Shown here: positions 9,601 to 19,367 of the stretch, one piece after another | Layout: each line of letters begins with the position of its first letter | How positions within the stretch are numbered: position 1 is the stretch's first letter | Source: Meiothermus sp. | Lineage (GTDB): Bacteria; Deinococcota; Deinococci; Deinococcales; Thermaceae | Direction: 5' to 3' | Length of the DNA: 64,000 bases | Assembly (NCBI GenBank): GCA_033762915.1 | Contig: JANRLD010000107.1 | Coordinates: 31,215 to 95,214, forward strand | The notes under the pieces: generated by a model | The model's input: the letters and a program-made list of their open reading frames with translations, nothing else | Told to the model about the DNA's origin: nothing | Database searches by the model: none | Program-made: the position numbers and the translations under genes

Positions 9601-10147
9601 CGGTGTGGGCTTCTTCGGAAAGGGGGTCGGCGGCCACCCAGCGCTGGGCCAACCGGAGGGCCGTTGGGGCATCGTTGATGCCTGCAAAGTGATCGAAGGC
9701 TTTGTGCAGGCCACGCAAAAACAACTCGCGTAGCTCGGTACGCCACTCCTCGAGCCAGGCCACGTCGCTATCTTCGAGCAAGTCGCCCCGGTACATCTCC
9801 AATGCCGCCAGCCAGTGCTGGGGATCGGTGCTTTGGATTTGCTGACCGAACCGTGCGGTATCCAGGCTCAGGTGCTTTAGCCCGAGGGTACGGGCATCGC
9901 CCACCAGGTGGGGCTCGAGTTGGGGAAAGTCGCGCTTTAGGCGGAAGAGCGTGTTGGTCAGTCGGCGGCGGGCCTGGTCGTCGTCCTCGTCGGGCCAGAG
10001 GGCGCGGGCCAGACGCACTCGAGTGGGCAGACCATCCGCCCGCCCGTGCAGCGCCAGCCAGGCCAGCACCAGCGCCCCGTACCCCAGAACCGGATGCTCT
10101 TGGCCCAACACCACCAGCCGTGGCTGACCCAGTAAATGCAGTTGCAC
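6680..10147 (-). CDS. BTAD-AAA-TPR regulator with C-terminal DUF1670-like HTH
   Basis: BTAD N-terminus, GEPGLGKT, LLDDLQWA, SGNPL, TPRs, C-terminal 'RLRRLVLEAAAQGAVPMQSELAEVLGVSVRTLEADL'. TACTGT lies 5 nt before the GTG. Confidence 0.88.
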   Translation of the reverse strand: MQLHLLGQPRLVVLGQEHPVLGYGALVLAWLALHGRADGLPTRVRLARALWPDEDDDQARRRLTNTLFRLKRDFPQLEPHLVGDARTLGLKHLSLDTARFGQQIQSTDPQHWLAALEMYRGDLLEDSDVAWLEEWRTELRELFLRGLHKAFDHFAGINDAPTALRLAQRWVAADPLSEEAHTALIRLYAAQNRTADALAQYEALKQTLERELNLMPRRETQAFVHSLRPSDQSYRSLVGRTKELRAFADRLEELRAGQGGIMLLEGEPGLGKTRLLEEAAQLARWHRLAVLRGAASEQHETPYAPLDAAMREAGLLLEVASPLMRETLRPLLEAAPDRALSSSSSAVGAALERWLLKLDEPVVLLLDDLQWAGDLFWALLPVLARLARQQQLLLVLAHRSQELHGEPFALEALSNLQREGSVLHLELSGLSLEECETLAKSLGKTLDKNQLEHLYRLSSGNPLVLGELLRGSGSAEHLEGLLRQRFERLDERSRQALEAASVLGNAFDGAVWAAMLDFVPPVQKLLEARLLHQEDTKLCFQHDLIRSLIYQGMGSERRQTWHGKALKALSNGTEPSATLALHAREAGMLEACTTLYLRAAREALSHDSLPQADRYLEQAQQHLPDSAQASAEALQLRLLQQHLRYTRNPSSEVLDQLDELEAAARRAGLDELVFDAHLLRLKAITAKGDVSGYRTAAESALAEAKNSGNLEHEVQMLNTIALTLAGRFVDPVSALPLAERAQLLASSYGLASRLRFGALNALMTCYGRQKNLSALEQSLNQAETLFNQHPELAGFELSLHSNRGLLYLFQDRYEEAAEAFKRQIEASRIVGNTVSLSLALQNLTLVQKMTGQYREALAWAEEMADLAQVRQGQLDPNRTAYYLSTLAELLAFLERPAEAEALMQPVMAAVEGQGKGDGEVKARTVMAVVRRAQSRYLEGYGYLLTNIQVFANNPANQVLLQVFAAEMAWFAGLPAEARALLAQATPHKAALGRAFGLIWWHYVRFLVEGQATDLEAARLVTLAFAANFKDAQHRQDFLQSHYPKAVLELWKQQTVETATVELTSADGSSKIPLVWTLDSEASDKQHFSQDGKVGLRQHRLRRLVLEAAAQGAVPMQSELAEVLGVSVRTLEADLAALRGQGIELKTLGMRREAVR

Positions 10148-10302
10148 GCCCTACAGTATGGCACCGGGCGGCTCAAAATTGCTGGGGGTTTAAGGGCTTC
10201 TCAAGTCAAACGCCAAAATGCCTCGCCGAAACGCCCGCAGGGAGTGTGCCAGGGACGCATTTACCGTACCCGCCAGGTTCGCACTTCTACCCTGGAGCAA
10301 CT

Positions 10303-10398
10303 CATCGCATTTTCCAGCATTACCTCCCTCGCGGCGGCAAGTAATGTGCTTCCTGCAGCGGGTTTTGCTGCAGGGCGTATGCGTGGGAACCGCTCTCA
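10303..10398. repeat. Structured ~90-nt dispersed repeat, copy A
   Basis: CATTACCTCCCTCG...GTAATGTGCTTCC...GGGCGTATGCGTGGGAACCGCTC matches 29960-30054 and the reverse complement of 38149-38240; abuts the stop codon of the gene ending at 10396. Confidence 0.8.
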
Positions 10399-13300
10399 GT
10401 GGGCTATCTCACGCCGCATGCCCAGGGTTTTGAGCTCAATGCCCTGCTCACGTAAGGCTGCGAGGTCGGCCTCGAGGGTGCGCAGGGTGACCCCCAGGGC
10501 CTCGGCAAGATCGGCCTGGGTGGGCACGGCCCCCTGCACGGCGGCCTCGAGTACCAGCCGTCGAATGCGGTGATGGCGTAGACCCACCTTTCCTCCCTCG
10601 GCAAAGCGCTGCTTGTCTGAGGCTCCGCTGCAAAGCGTCCAGACCACCGAGACCTTACTCGAGCCGTCCGATGCCGGGAGTAGGGCGGTGAGGGTCTGGA
10701 GGTCTTGCCGCTGCCAGTGCTCACAGACCGTCCGGTGGTGCGGAATTTCGAGCAGAATACTGTTGCGGAAGGAGGGATTGCGAACCTTGCCAGCCGCCGA
10801 GAAGAGGATCTGCCGGGCCTCCTCGAGGCTGGCCGGTTTTTCGTGCAAGAGGTAGTCCACCAGATGCCACAAGACCGACTTGCCCCGGGCTTCGGGTGAG
10901 TTCTGCAAGGCCTCGAACCGCTCGAGGCAGGCCTCGGACTCGGCCCTGTTGCCCGCAAGGCAGGCCGCGTGCGCTGCGTGCAAGAACCACGACTGCGAGG
11001 CCCTGGGGTTGTCGCGCAGTCGGATAGCGGCCATGTAGGCGGCATAGCTCTCGGCGTAGGCGCACCGGGCGAGGTGGAGCTGGCCCAGCGCCTCCCAAGA
11101 ACTCACCGCACCTGGGCCAGTGCCGCCCTGCAAAAGCCAGTCCATGATGGGCCGCAAGACCTGCTCGGCCTCTGCGGTCTGACCCAGCAGGGCGTGAAGC
11201 GAGGCCAGCCGCGCGAGGTGGGTGGCCAGCATGTGGGGTTCCACGTTCTGGGTGTGGGCTTGCGCCCGCTCGGCCAGCTCCTCGGCCCAGACCAGGGCGG
11301 CGCGGTACTGCCCTAACTGCTTCAGGGTTGAGATCAGGTTCTGCAGCGTCGCTGAGACGCCGTAGGGGTTGCCCATGGTTCGGTGCATCTCGAGTTCGGC
11401 CTCGCGCAGCGGCAGCGCGTCCTCGTCGCGGCCTTCGTTGGTGGCGATGAAGTGCTCGAAGAACAGCGCCCGGTAGCGCAGCAGTTCCAGCTCGGGGTGC
11501 TTCTCTAGGAGGCCTTTCAGCCGCTCGAGGTAGGGCCTGGCCAGATCGTTGTGGTTCTGCCTGAGATGACAGATCATCACCGTGCAGAGCGCCTCGAAGT
11601 GCATGCCGGGGGCGACTTGGCTGGTGTCGCACAGGCTCAGCGCCCGGAGGGCCAGCGGCAGCGCAGCGTCGGCCTTGTAGAAGGTGTTGGCGCTCTTAAG
11701 CGCGACGATGTGGGTAGCCTCGATCTCGAGTCTGGGGTCGCCGACTTGCCTGGCCAGCTCGAGCATCTTCCCGCTGGCCTCGTTGAAGCCCTGGGCATCC
11801 CCCCTGGACTCGTAGGCCGCGATCTTCAGCCCGAACAGCGAGGCCACGATGTCGTAGCGACCCTCCGCCAAAGCCAGCTGCTCGAGGTGCTCTACTTCCT
11901 CGAGATATCCGGTTGAAAGACGCATCTCATCGTTCAACTTGAGCTGAACGATTCGGGCACGAAACAGGCTGCCGTCGAAGCGGTTGGGATCAAATGGCCG
12001 AATGCCAAACACCCGCTCAACGTACTTCTTGGCCTCGCGAGACGAGCCCAGTTTGAGGGCTTCCTCACCCGCCTGACACAGGTAGGCAATGGCCTCCGGG
12101 GCGCGACCGGCGGCCTCGGCGTGGAAGGCCAGGTTGGCGGCTCGAGCATAGGGCTTGAGCACCTCGAAGGCTTTGGAGTGCCAGGCCTTGCGGGTGGCCT
12201 CGCTCATCTGCTGGTAGATGAACACGCGCATGAGGTCGTGCTGAAAAGACAGCCCGTGCGCGGTTTGGAGCACAAACCGCGACTCCTCCAGGGCCAGCGC
12301 CGGCAACTCGGCCTCTATCATCGCCTCCCAGATCATCCGGCTGGGGCTGGTACCCAGCACAGACCCTGCCTCCAAGGCCCGGCGCAGGTGGGGCTTGAGC
12401 TGCGCGAGGCGGGTTTGCAGGAGGCCTTCGAGGTGTCCGTCGGCGCTCTGGCCCGAGAGCAGCTCGAGATAGACCAGCGGGTTGCCGCCGCTGAGGCGGT
12501 AGAGGCGGTCTAGCTCGGCGGCGTCTAGGGTTTTCCCAAAGCCTTTGGCCATTGCTGCGCATTCTTCAAGGTTCAGGCGAGCGAGCTCGAGGTGCAACAC
12601 CGCGCCCTCGCGGCGCAGGTTACCGAGGGCCTCGAGGGCGAACGGCTCGCTATGCAGCTCGTGGCTGCGGTAGCTGAGCACCAGCAGCACCTGCTGCTGT
12701 CGCGCCAGCCGCCCCAGCACCGGCAGCAAGGCCCAAAACAGGTCGCCCGCCCACTGCGCGTCGTCGAGCAGCAGGGCCAGCGGCTCGCCCAGCCTGTGCA
12801 GCCAGCGCTCGAGGGCCGCCCCCACGGCGCTCGACGAGGAGTTGAGGGCAGTCTCGGGACCGGCCTCGAGCAGCGGCCTGAGGGTCTCGCGGATCAGGGG
12901 CGAGGCGGCCTCGAGCAGGCTGGGCGAGCCTTGCAGGGCCAGGTCGAGGGGGGCGTAGGGGGTCTGGTGCTGCTGGCTGGCCGTGCCGCGCAGCACCGCC
13001 AGACGGTGCCACCGGGCCAGTTGCGCTGCCTCCTCCAGGAGCCGCGACTTGCCCACGCCCGGCTCGCCTTCCAGCAGCACGATGCCGCCCCTGCCTGCCT
13101 TGAGTGCTGCGAGCTGATCGGCGAGGGCCCGCAGCTCGTTGGTGCGCCCGACCAGGGGGCGGTAACTTTGGTCGCCGGGGCGCAGGCTGCGGGCGAAGGC
13201 CTGGGTCTGGGGGCGGGGCATGGTGCCCAGCTCGCGCTCCAGGGTCTGCTCGAGGGTCTGGTACTGCGCCAGGGCCTCGGCACTGCGCCCCTGGGCGGCA

Positions 13301-13857
13301 TAGAGGCGGATCAGGGCGGTGTGCGCCTCTTCGGAGAGGGGGTCGGCGGATACCCAGCGCTGGGCGGTGCGGGTGGCGGCGGCGGGGTCGGCGTTCTGAT
13401 GCTCGAGCAGCCTCTGCAGCCCGATCAGGAACAGCTCGCGCAGGTCGGCCCGCCACTCCTCGAGCCAGGGCGCGTCGCTGTCCTCGAGCAGGTCACCGCT
13501 GTACAGCTCGAGGGCCTCTAGCCAGCCAGCGGGGTCGGAACCGCGCATCTTCTGGCCGAAAGCCACAGTATCCAGTTCGACACCGCCCAGCCCCAGGGTG
13601 TGGGCGTCCCCGATGAGGCGACCCTCGAGTTCAGGGAAGTCGCGCTTGAGGCGGTAGAGGGTGTTGGTCAGGCGGCGGCGGGCTTGGTCGTCGTCTTCGT
13701 CGGGCCAGAGGGCGCGGGCCAGGCGCAGCCTCGAGGGCAGGGCGTCGGCCCTCTGATGCAGGGCCAGCCAGGCCAGCACCAGGGCCCCGTAACCCAGTAC
13801 GGGCCGGCCCTCGCCCAGCGAGACCACTCGAGGCTGACCCAGCAGATGCAAACGCAC
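10396..13857 (-). CDS. BTAD-AAA-TPR regulator with C-terminal DUF1670-like HTH (paralog of 6680..10147)
   Basis: Near-identical N-terminus (LHLLGQPR...RLARALWPDEDDDQARRRLTNTL), GEPGVGKS and the same C-terminal HTH; GTG at 13857 with TACTAT just upstream. Confidence 0.88.
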   Translation of the reverse strand: MRLHLLGQPRVVSLGEGRPVLGYGALVLAWLALHQRADALPSRLRLARALWPDEDDDQARRRLTNTLYRLKRDFPELEGRLIGDAHTLGLGGVELDTVAFGQKMRGSDPAGWLEALELYSGDLLEDSDAPWLEEWRADLRELFLIGLQRLLEHQNADPAAATRTAQRWVSADPLSEEAHTALIRLYAAQGRSAEALAQYQTLEQTLERELGTMPRPQTQAFARSLRPGDQSYRPLVGRTNELRALADQLAALKAGRGGIVLLEGEPGVGKSRLLEEAAQLARWHRLAVLRGTASQQHQTPYAPLDLALQGSPSLLEAASPLIRETLRPLLEAGPETALNSSSSAVGAALERWLHRLGEPLALLLDDAQWAGDLFWALLPVLGRLARQQQVLLVLSYRSHELHSEPFALEALGNLRREGAVLHLELARLNLEECAAMAKGFGKTLDAAELDRLYRLSGGNPLVYLELLSGQSADGHLEGLLQTRLAQLKPHLRRALEAGSVLGTSPSRMIWEAMIEAELPALALEESRFVLQTAHGLSFQHDLMRVFIYQQMSEATRKAWHSKAFEVLKPYARAANLAFHAEAAGRAPEAIAYLCQAGEEALKLGSSREAKKYVERVFGIRPFDPNRFDGSLFRARIVQLKLNDEMRLSTGYLEEVEHLEQLALAEGRYDIVASLFGLKIAAYESRGDAQGFNEASGKMLELARQVGDPRLEIEATHIVALKSANTFYKADAALPLALRALSLCDTSQVAPGMHFEALCTVMICHLRQNHNDLARPYLERLKGLLEKHPELELLRYRALFFEHFIATNEGRDEDALPLREAELEMHRTMGNPYGVSATLQNLISTLKQLGQYRAALVWAEELAERAQAHTQNVEPHMLATHLARLASLHALLGQTAEAEQVLRPIMDWLLQGGTGPGAVSSWEALGQLHLARCAYAESYAAYMAAIRLRDNPRASQSWFLHAAHAACLAGNRAESEACLERFEALQNSPEARGKSVLWHLVDYLLHEKPASLEEARQILFSAAGKVRNPSFRNSILLEIPHHRTVCEHWQRQDLQTLTALLPASDGSSKVSVVWTLCSGASDKQRFAEGGKVGLRHHRIRRLVLEAAVQGAVPTQADLAEALGVTLRTLEADLAALREQGIELKTLGMRREIAH

Positions 13858-14081
13858 GGGGAATAGTATTGCACCTCCCCTCCCATTCCAAAGTGCGATT
13901 TGGGCCGAAGTAAAGCCTTTGTGACCAAGTCTGCCGCCCAGTGGAAACAATGAGGGCATAATTTCGATGTTCCAATCTTCAGGTGCGAGGGGGATAAACA
14001 CAGGCTTCGGAGCACTGTGGGCATAGACCACCCTACCTGTATGACTGATGTTTCGTTATTACATGCAGCAGGGAGCTTTTA

Positions 14082-15026
14082 CTATTCAGGGTAGGCGAAA
14101 CTGAGTCTGAACTTTTTACCTAAACTCTCTCCCCAGCGAGGATGCAACTTTCCCTCGGTGGAATACCTAACTGCCCATTTAATCTCTTGCTTTATCTGAT
14201 ACGCCAAATAATAGGCATACGCGGGAACTACATTGTCTAAAGTTTTTCGATCCAGCTTTTTGTTTTCAATGAGAGACTCTAAAGACGCTGGCATTCCGTC
14301 ATGTCCAGTCATCCATATTTGAACACGAATGATGGAGTGGGTGGTTTCGATGATAATCAGACGCTTTAATTCTTTTCCCTTACCTGAAGTTGGCTGGATT
14401 TGCTTTCTATACACCTTTAGGCCAGTTGGCCCTAAAACATCTACTGGTTGTACGCTGAATAGCTTGTTATTAGGAAAACTGCTTTCATTAATGGTTACTC
14501 TGCTGATCATCTTTTTAGTGGTTAGTGGCGTAGCTTCTTCGCTTATTGCGCCATTTGGAAAGCCACTAACAAATTCTTCGTTTAACCATGATTCTTCGAT
14601 CTTATGTAATTCTCCTATCCAATCAACGATTTTGTGCTCGAGGGAGTCCAAAATGCTCTCACTAGCCTCAGACCTTTCTAGGCCAGGCATTGTCCATAAA
14701 CCATCCGAAGATATGAAATCAGTGATTCCTTTGCGGAAAACACCAGCAGAGTAATTTGGAGAACCACCAAGCCCCAAATGAAGGGGTCTGTTGTTATCTT
14801 TAATGACTACTATGTTTCCCTGATCCAAAAGAACAGGAGCGGGCCGATCAATATAAGCTGACTTAATACCCAAAAGTAGCGCTAAAATTGCTGCTGCTGT
14901 CACTGGAGTCAGTATTTGCTGAAGCTCCGCTGCAAAACTATTTATAAATGCATATCCAAAGGCTATTAATGCGACAACTATGATCACTAGCAGTAGGGCT
15001 ATTGTCATACCTTTCTCCATGATCAA
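14082..15026 (-). CDS. Hypothetical membrane-anchored protein in an AT-rich segment
   Basis: 314-aa ORF with two N-terminal hydrophobic helices; the DNA is visibly much more AT-rich than its flanks. Confidence 0.7.
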   Translation of the reverse strand: MIMEKGMTIALLLVIIVVALIAFGYAFINSFAAELQQILTPVTAAAILALLLGIKSAYIDRPAPVLLDQGNIVVIKDNNRPLHLGLGGSPNYSAGVFRKGITDFISSDGLWTMPGLERSEASESILDSLEHKIVDWIGELHKIEESWLNEEFVSGFPNGAISEEATPLTTKKMISRVTINESSFPNNKLFSVQPVDVLGPTGLKVYRKQIQPTSGKGKELKRLIIIETTHSIIRVQIWMTGHDGMPASLESLIENKKLDRKTLDNVVPAYAYYLAYQIKQEIKWAVRYSTEGKLHPRWGESLGKKFRLSFAYPE

Positions 15027-15397
15027 ATCCTAATCAGGTTTATTCCACATTCTTCTCGATCAATGATAACTCAACCTAAACTCATTGGTGTGTTGATTTT
15101 CCGTCAGCTATTGCGAGCTAGTCAGGTAGGGAGGTCTGGTGCCACTTCGCCATACTAGACAAACTCGAGCCTTACCTAACTACTGACACACGAGAGAAAA
15201 CATCCTTCCTATAAAGTTACTTCGACCTCGAAAAAACCCCCGAGCCATCCAGGCCACAGCGTAGGATTGCCGCACTCGAGCCTCATTTAGAGAACAGCTC
15301 GTTCCTGCTTCGACCAAAAGTAAAAACCCAACCCCCCCCAGCGCGGTATAATTCCCAGCTGACCCACCGTTCCGCCGACATCCAAGGAGAACCCCCT

Positions 15398-15685
15398 ATG
15401 GCAGCCTACGTGATCGCAGACATCGAAGTCGTGGATGTGGCCGGATACGAGGAATATAGGCAGAAGGCCCCCGCCACCATCGCCGCGTTCGGCGGTCGCT
15501 ACCTGGCCCGAGGCGGGGCCACCGAGGTCCTCGAGGGCACCTGGTCGCCCAAGCGGTGCGTAATCCTCGAGTTTCCCAGCATGGCGGTGTTCAGGGAGTG
15601 GTGGGCCTCGCCGGAATATGGGGCCATCCGCCCTATCCGCGAGCGAACCACAAAATCAAGCCTCATCGTCACCGAAGGGCTTTGA
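15398..15685 (+). CDS. DUF1330 family protein
   Basis: MAAYVIADIEV...YEEY...FGGRYLARGG..EVLEG.W.P.RCVILEFPS...WWASPEY; AAGGAG RBS and an upstream TATAAT. Confidence 0.9.
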   Translation: MAAYVIADIEVVDVAGYEEYRQKAPATIAAFGGRYLARGGATEVLEGTWSPKRCVILEFPSMAVFREWWASPEYGAIRPIRERTTKSSLIVTEGL

Positions 15686-15837
15686 GGGCTTCGCGTCTGA
15701 ATTGGTCGAGAGCGTTTGGCTCGAGGGAACCTGATACAGTACGTGAGGTAAAGCCAATTCCGACCCGGTGGGCGATTTGCAGGTAAACCCCTATTCAGTC
15801 TGAGGTTTGTCACTTTGATCGATGAAGCGAAGACCCG

Positions 15838-17868
15838 ATGAAGACCGTACGCACCATGTGCCCGATGAACTGCCATCCGACGCTGTGCGGAATGCTGGTC
15901 GATGTCGAGAACAACAAAGTTGTTGGCGTTCGGGGTGACCCAGACAATCCCGACAGTCGTGGCTTCCTGTGCGTTCGTGGTCGGGCCGCACGTGAAATCA
16001 TTGACAACCCAGCGCGGTTGCTGCATCCGCTGGTGCGTGATCGGCGCGAGGATTCGTTCCGTCGCGCCACCTGGGATGAAGCACTGAACCGCATTTGCAC
16101 AGCGCTCGCGGCCGATGCGCCAGAAGCCACCGCCATCTGGCCAGGGCATGGGACATTCACAACCAACTACGGCACGCGCATCAACGCCCAGTTGTTCGCA
16201 CGATTTGCAAACTTCCACGGCAGCCAGTTTTTCAACCCGACCATGATCTGTTGGGGGTTGGGTGCTTTTGGGTTGGCGCTCACCGGCATGCTCGAGACCC
16301 ATACCAAAGAAGACATGGGCGAGCACTCGCACCTGATTTTGCTGTGGGGGGCCAACTTCGCCAGCCAGCCCAACACGGCACGCTTCGTCAACGCGGCCCG
16401 TGCCCGTGGTGCCAAGGTGGTGGCCATTGATGTTCGCCAGACCGAAGCCACAGCCAAGGCCGATGAAGTGCTGCTGCTGCGGCCTGGCACAGATGCCACC
16501 CTGGCCCTCGCGCTGATCCACGTGATTTGTGCGGAGCAGTTGTTCGACGCGGCCTTCGTAGACAAGCACACGGTTGGTTTTACAACCCTCGCCGAGCATG
16601 TACGGGCCTTCTCGCCGCAGTGGGCGGCCAGTCTAACCGGCATCACAACCGAGCGCATCATCGCGCTGGCGCGGCTTTACGCCAATACCAAGCCAGCCAT
16701 GATCGTGCTCGGCGGTAGTTCGATGCACAAGGGCGATAACGGCTGGCAGGCTTCTCGTTCGATTGCCTGTCTGCCCGGTCTAACGGGCAATGTGGGTATT
16801 CCTGGTGCTGGCTTTGGCCCACGCCACGGCGGCGCAGCGCATGGTCGGGGTCTGGCCAGCATCATCGAACCGCAGCGCCGCAAGCCAGGCACGGCCTTGC
16901 CAAATCAGATGGCGACCATGATTGAGGCCTTGAGTGATGGGCGTATCACCAATCTCCTGCTCATGGGCACCAACATGATCTCCTCCTTCCCCGACTCCAC
17001 CAGGGTGGCTGAGGGACTGGCTCGAGCACGCCTGGTGGTGAGCTACGACCTCTTTCTCAACGACACCGCCCAGCGGTTTGCCGATGTGGTGCTGCCGTCT
17101 ACCTCTTGGCTCGAGGAGTTGGGCTGCAAGTCTGCTTTCACGCACCTGTACCTAATGGAGCCAGCACTGGCCCCGGCTGGCGAGACGCGCCCTGTCAGTT
17201 GGGTGATGCGCGAACTTGCCACCCGCCTAGGGCTCCATGGCTTCTTTCCCTGGCAATCCGACGAAGGGTTGCTGGATGCCATCCTCGATCACCCAGCCAC
17301 CGGGCACGCGACAGTAGCTTCCTTACGGGCGCGGGGTGGCATCGGCGAACTACGGGTGTCGCACGTTGCCAATCCCAGCCTGGAGTTCGATACGCCCTCT
17401 GGCAAGATCGAGTTCTACTCCGAGGATGCCGCCCGTCTGGGCCTGCCAGCCTTGCCAGAGTGGCAAGCACCACGTCATCAGGCTGCCGACACCTCCTATC
17501 CGCTCACACTTACCCAGGGCCGTACCATCACACACTTTCACGGTTTCTACAACAATGGCCGCGAATTGCCGACGCTGGCCCGTCATGAGTCAGAACCGAG
17601 GGTGTGGATCTCGCTCGCAGACGCTGCTACGCGCGGACTCTCCGAGGACGCACCCATCCGAATCTACAACGCTCGCGGCGAACTATTGGCACGTGCCCAT
17701 GTGACCGACCGTATTCCTAGAGGCACGCTTTGGCTGCGCGACGGATGGCCCGGCCTAAATACTCTGACCGATAGCGCGCCGGTCATGAACGATGCTGCGG
17801 CTGACCGCTTCACGTTCTCCGCCGGGCAGTCGACCTTTGACGCGCACGTTGAGGTTGAAGCCGTGTGA
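15838..17868 (+). CDS. Molybdopterin-dependent oxidoreductase (DMSO reductase superfamily), cytoplasmic
   Basis: Fe-S motif CPMNCHPTLCG...GFLC, ATWDEAL, RPGTDATLAL, ADVVLP, TPSGKIEF and a C-terminal molybdopterin dinucleotide-binding domain; no Tat signal. Confidence 0.88.
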   Translation: MKTVRTMCPMNCHPTLCGMLVDVENNKVVGVRGDPDNPDSRGFLCVRGRAAREIIDNPARLLHPLVRDRREDSFRRATWDEALNRICTALAADAPEATAIWPGHGTFTTNYGTRINAQLFARFANFHGSQFFNPTMICWGLGAFGLALTGMLETHTKEDMGEHSHLILLWGANFASQPNTARFVNAARARGAKVVAIDVRQTEATAKADEVLLLRPGTDATLALALIHVICAEQLFDAAFVDKHTVGFTTLAEHVRAFSPQWAASLTGITTERIIALARLYANTKPAMIVLGGSSMHKGDNGWQASRSIACLPGLTGNVGIPGAGFGPRHGGAAHGRGLASIIEPQRRKPGTALPNQMATMIEALSDGRITNLLLMGTNMISSFPDSTRVAEGLARARLVVSYDLFLNDTAQRFADVVLPSTSWLEELGCKSAFTHLYLMEPALAPAGETRPVSWVMRELATRLGLHGFFPWQSDEGLLDAILDHPATGHATVASLRARGGIGELRVSHVANPSLEFDTPSGKIEFYSEDAARLGLPALPEWQAPRHQAADTSYPLTLTQGRTITHFHGFYNNGRELPTLARHESEPRVWISLADAATRGLSEDAPIRIYNARGELLARAHVTDRIPRGTLWLRDGWPGLNTLTDSAPVMNDAAADRFTFSAGQSTFDAHVEVEAV

Positions 17869-17952
17869 TTCTCCATGTTTCTACACTGATGCCGCAGTTG
17901 CGAAGTGTCACCTAACCACTCATCAGAGGCTGTGTTTACCAACGGGAAGGCT

Positions 17953-18906
17953 ATGAGTAACCCACCCCCCAACAAATCTGGTCGTATCGGTTTTAAATGG
18001 TTCTCGAGCCTGCCGATGGTGCTCTGCTTTTTGGTTATGGTTTTCTTCACCAGCACCACAACCCGTCCCGTCTTCGCAGCAAACAATTCAACCTGGAAGT
18101 TGACCTGGAGTGAGGAGTTTAGCGCCGCTGCCCGAACGGGTGTCAACCCCGCAAACTGGATGTATAGCCTTGGTCATGGCTATGGTTGTTCGGGCTGCCC
18201 CATCAACTGGGGCACCGGTGAAATAGCCCGGATGACCAACAGTACCGCCAATGTATACCACGATGGTGCTGGCCGCTTAGCCATCAAGCCGATTCGAGCG
18301 GGGACTCCGGGTGCGTATACCTGGACTTCAGGTCGTATCGAGACCCGACGGACAGACTTTCAACCCACCCCCGGTGGAGCAGTTGCTTTTGAAGCCCGGA
18401 TCTCCCTTCCGAATGTGTCAGGCCCAGCCGCCCAGGGCTACTGGCCCGCCTTTTGGTCACTGGGTGCGCCGTTCCGAGGCAACTACCTGAACTGGCCAAG
18501 CGTCGGCGAAATTGATGTGCTGGAAAACATCAACGGTCAAAACACGGTTTGGCACACCATGCATTGCGGGACTGCGCCCGGAGGGCCATGCAACGAGTTT
18601 ACCGGGCTTGGTAGTGGCCCGATTTCTGGCTGGTCCCCGCCCTTGCAGGGCAACTTTTACGTTTATCGGATGGAGTTTGACAAGGCTACCTCGCCACAGG
18701 AAATACGCTGGTATGTGAATGGCCGGCAGACCTGGAAGCTGACCGCCGATAGGGTAGATGCCAACACCTGGACCAACGCGACCAACCACGGGTTCTTTAT
18801 CATCCTCAATGTGGCCATCGGGGGCGGCTGGCCCGGAAGTCCTACTGATCAAACGGAGTCTGGAGTACCGATGCTGGTGGACTATGTGCGGGTGTATAAC
18901 CGCTAA
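17953..18906 (+). CDS. Glycoside hydrolase family 16 (beta-1,3-glucanase-like), secreted
   Basis: WSEEF, WTSGRI, GYWPAFW, catalytic GEIDVLE, FFIILNVAIGG, MLVDYVRVY. Start uncertain (17905, 17953 or 18016). Confidence 0.88.
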   Translation: MSNPPPNKSGRIGFKWFSSLPMVLCFLVMVFFTSTTTRPVFAANNSTWKLTWSEEFSAAARTGVNPANWMYSLGHGYGCSGCPINWGTGEIARMTNSTANVYHDGAGRLAIKPIRAGTPGAYTWTSGRIETRRTDFQPTPGGAVAFEARISLPNVSGPAAQGYWPAFWSLGAPFRGNYLNWPSVGEIDVLENINGQNTVWHTMHCGTAPGGPCNEFTGLGSGPISGWSPPLQGNFYVYRMEFDKATSPQEIRWYVNGRQTWKLTADRVDANTWTNATNHGFFIILNVAIGGGWPGSPTDQTESGVPMLVDYVRVYNR

Positions 18907-19299
18907 CGGTTACCAAAAACAACACCCTTGAGATGCCGAAGGGTTCGGTGATATAGGCCGGGTCGCTTAGGTCGCACTCGAGCATCACACCAAAAGCTCC
19001 TGACTCCTGTTTCAGAAAGTCAAAACCCAATCCCCCCAACCTCGGCACAGCCTTCCTCCGCTTCGCTCTGCCCCTTGAGTACTGTCATCAGGTAGTAAAA
19101 CTCCGGTATCTCGTTTTGCCCTCGAGACCCAACGCTATCCCCAGCGCTTTTCTGGTGTGTTTACGTACCATCACCTCAAGGCCAGAGGTTTGGTCTGCCA
19201 ACGCAACTGAAAGCCCGCACAAAAAGTCCAACTTCTAGCGCTTGCCGACCGATACCGGTTTGTGGGGTTCTGGTGTTTGACTGGCTATGAGCCGTAGCT

Positions 19300-19367
19300 T
19301 TGTATAAAATACTTGACATCGTGTAAGAAAACTTTTACATTGGTTCCATGTCAAAAACGTTTGACAT
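19300..19367 (+). promoter_or_regulatory. Sigma70 promoter overlapped by three palindromic operator boxes
   Basis: TTGACA (19313)-17 nt-TACATT (19336), 6 nt before ATG 19348. Boxes: ttgtataaaatacttgacat, gtgtaagaaaacttttacat, atgtcaaaaacgtttgacat. Confidence 0.75.

Noticed and set aside
18842..19200. Short minus-strand ORF or gene remnant after GH16
   Set aside because: No RBS or recognisable motif, and it overlaps the GH16 end.
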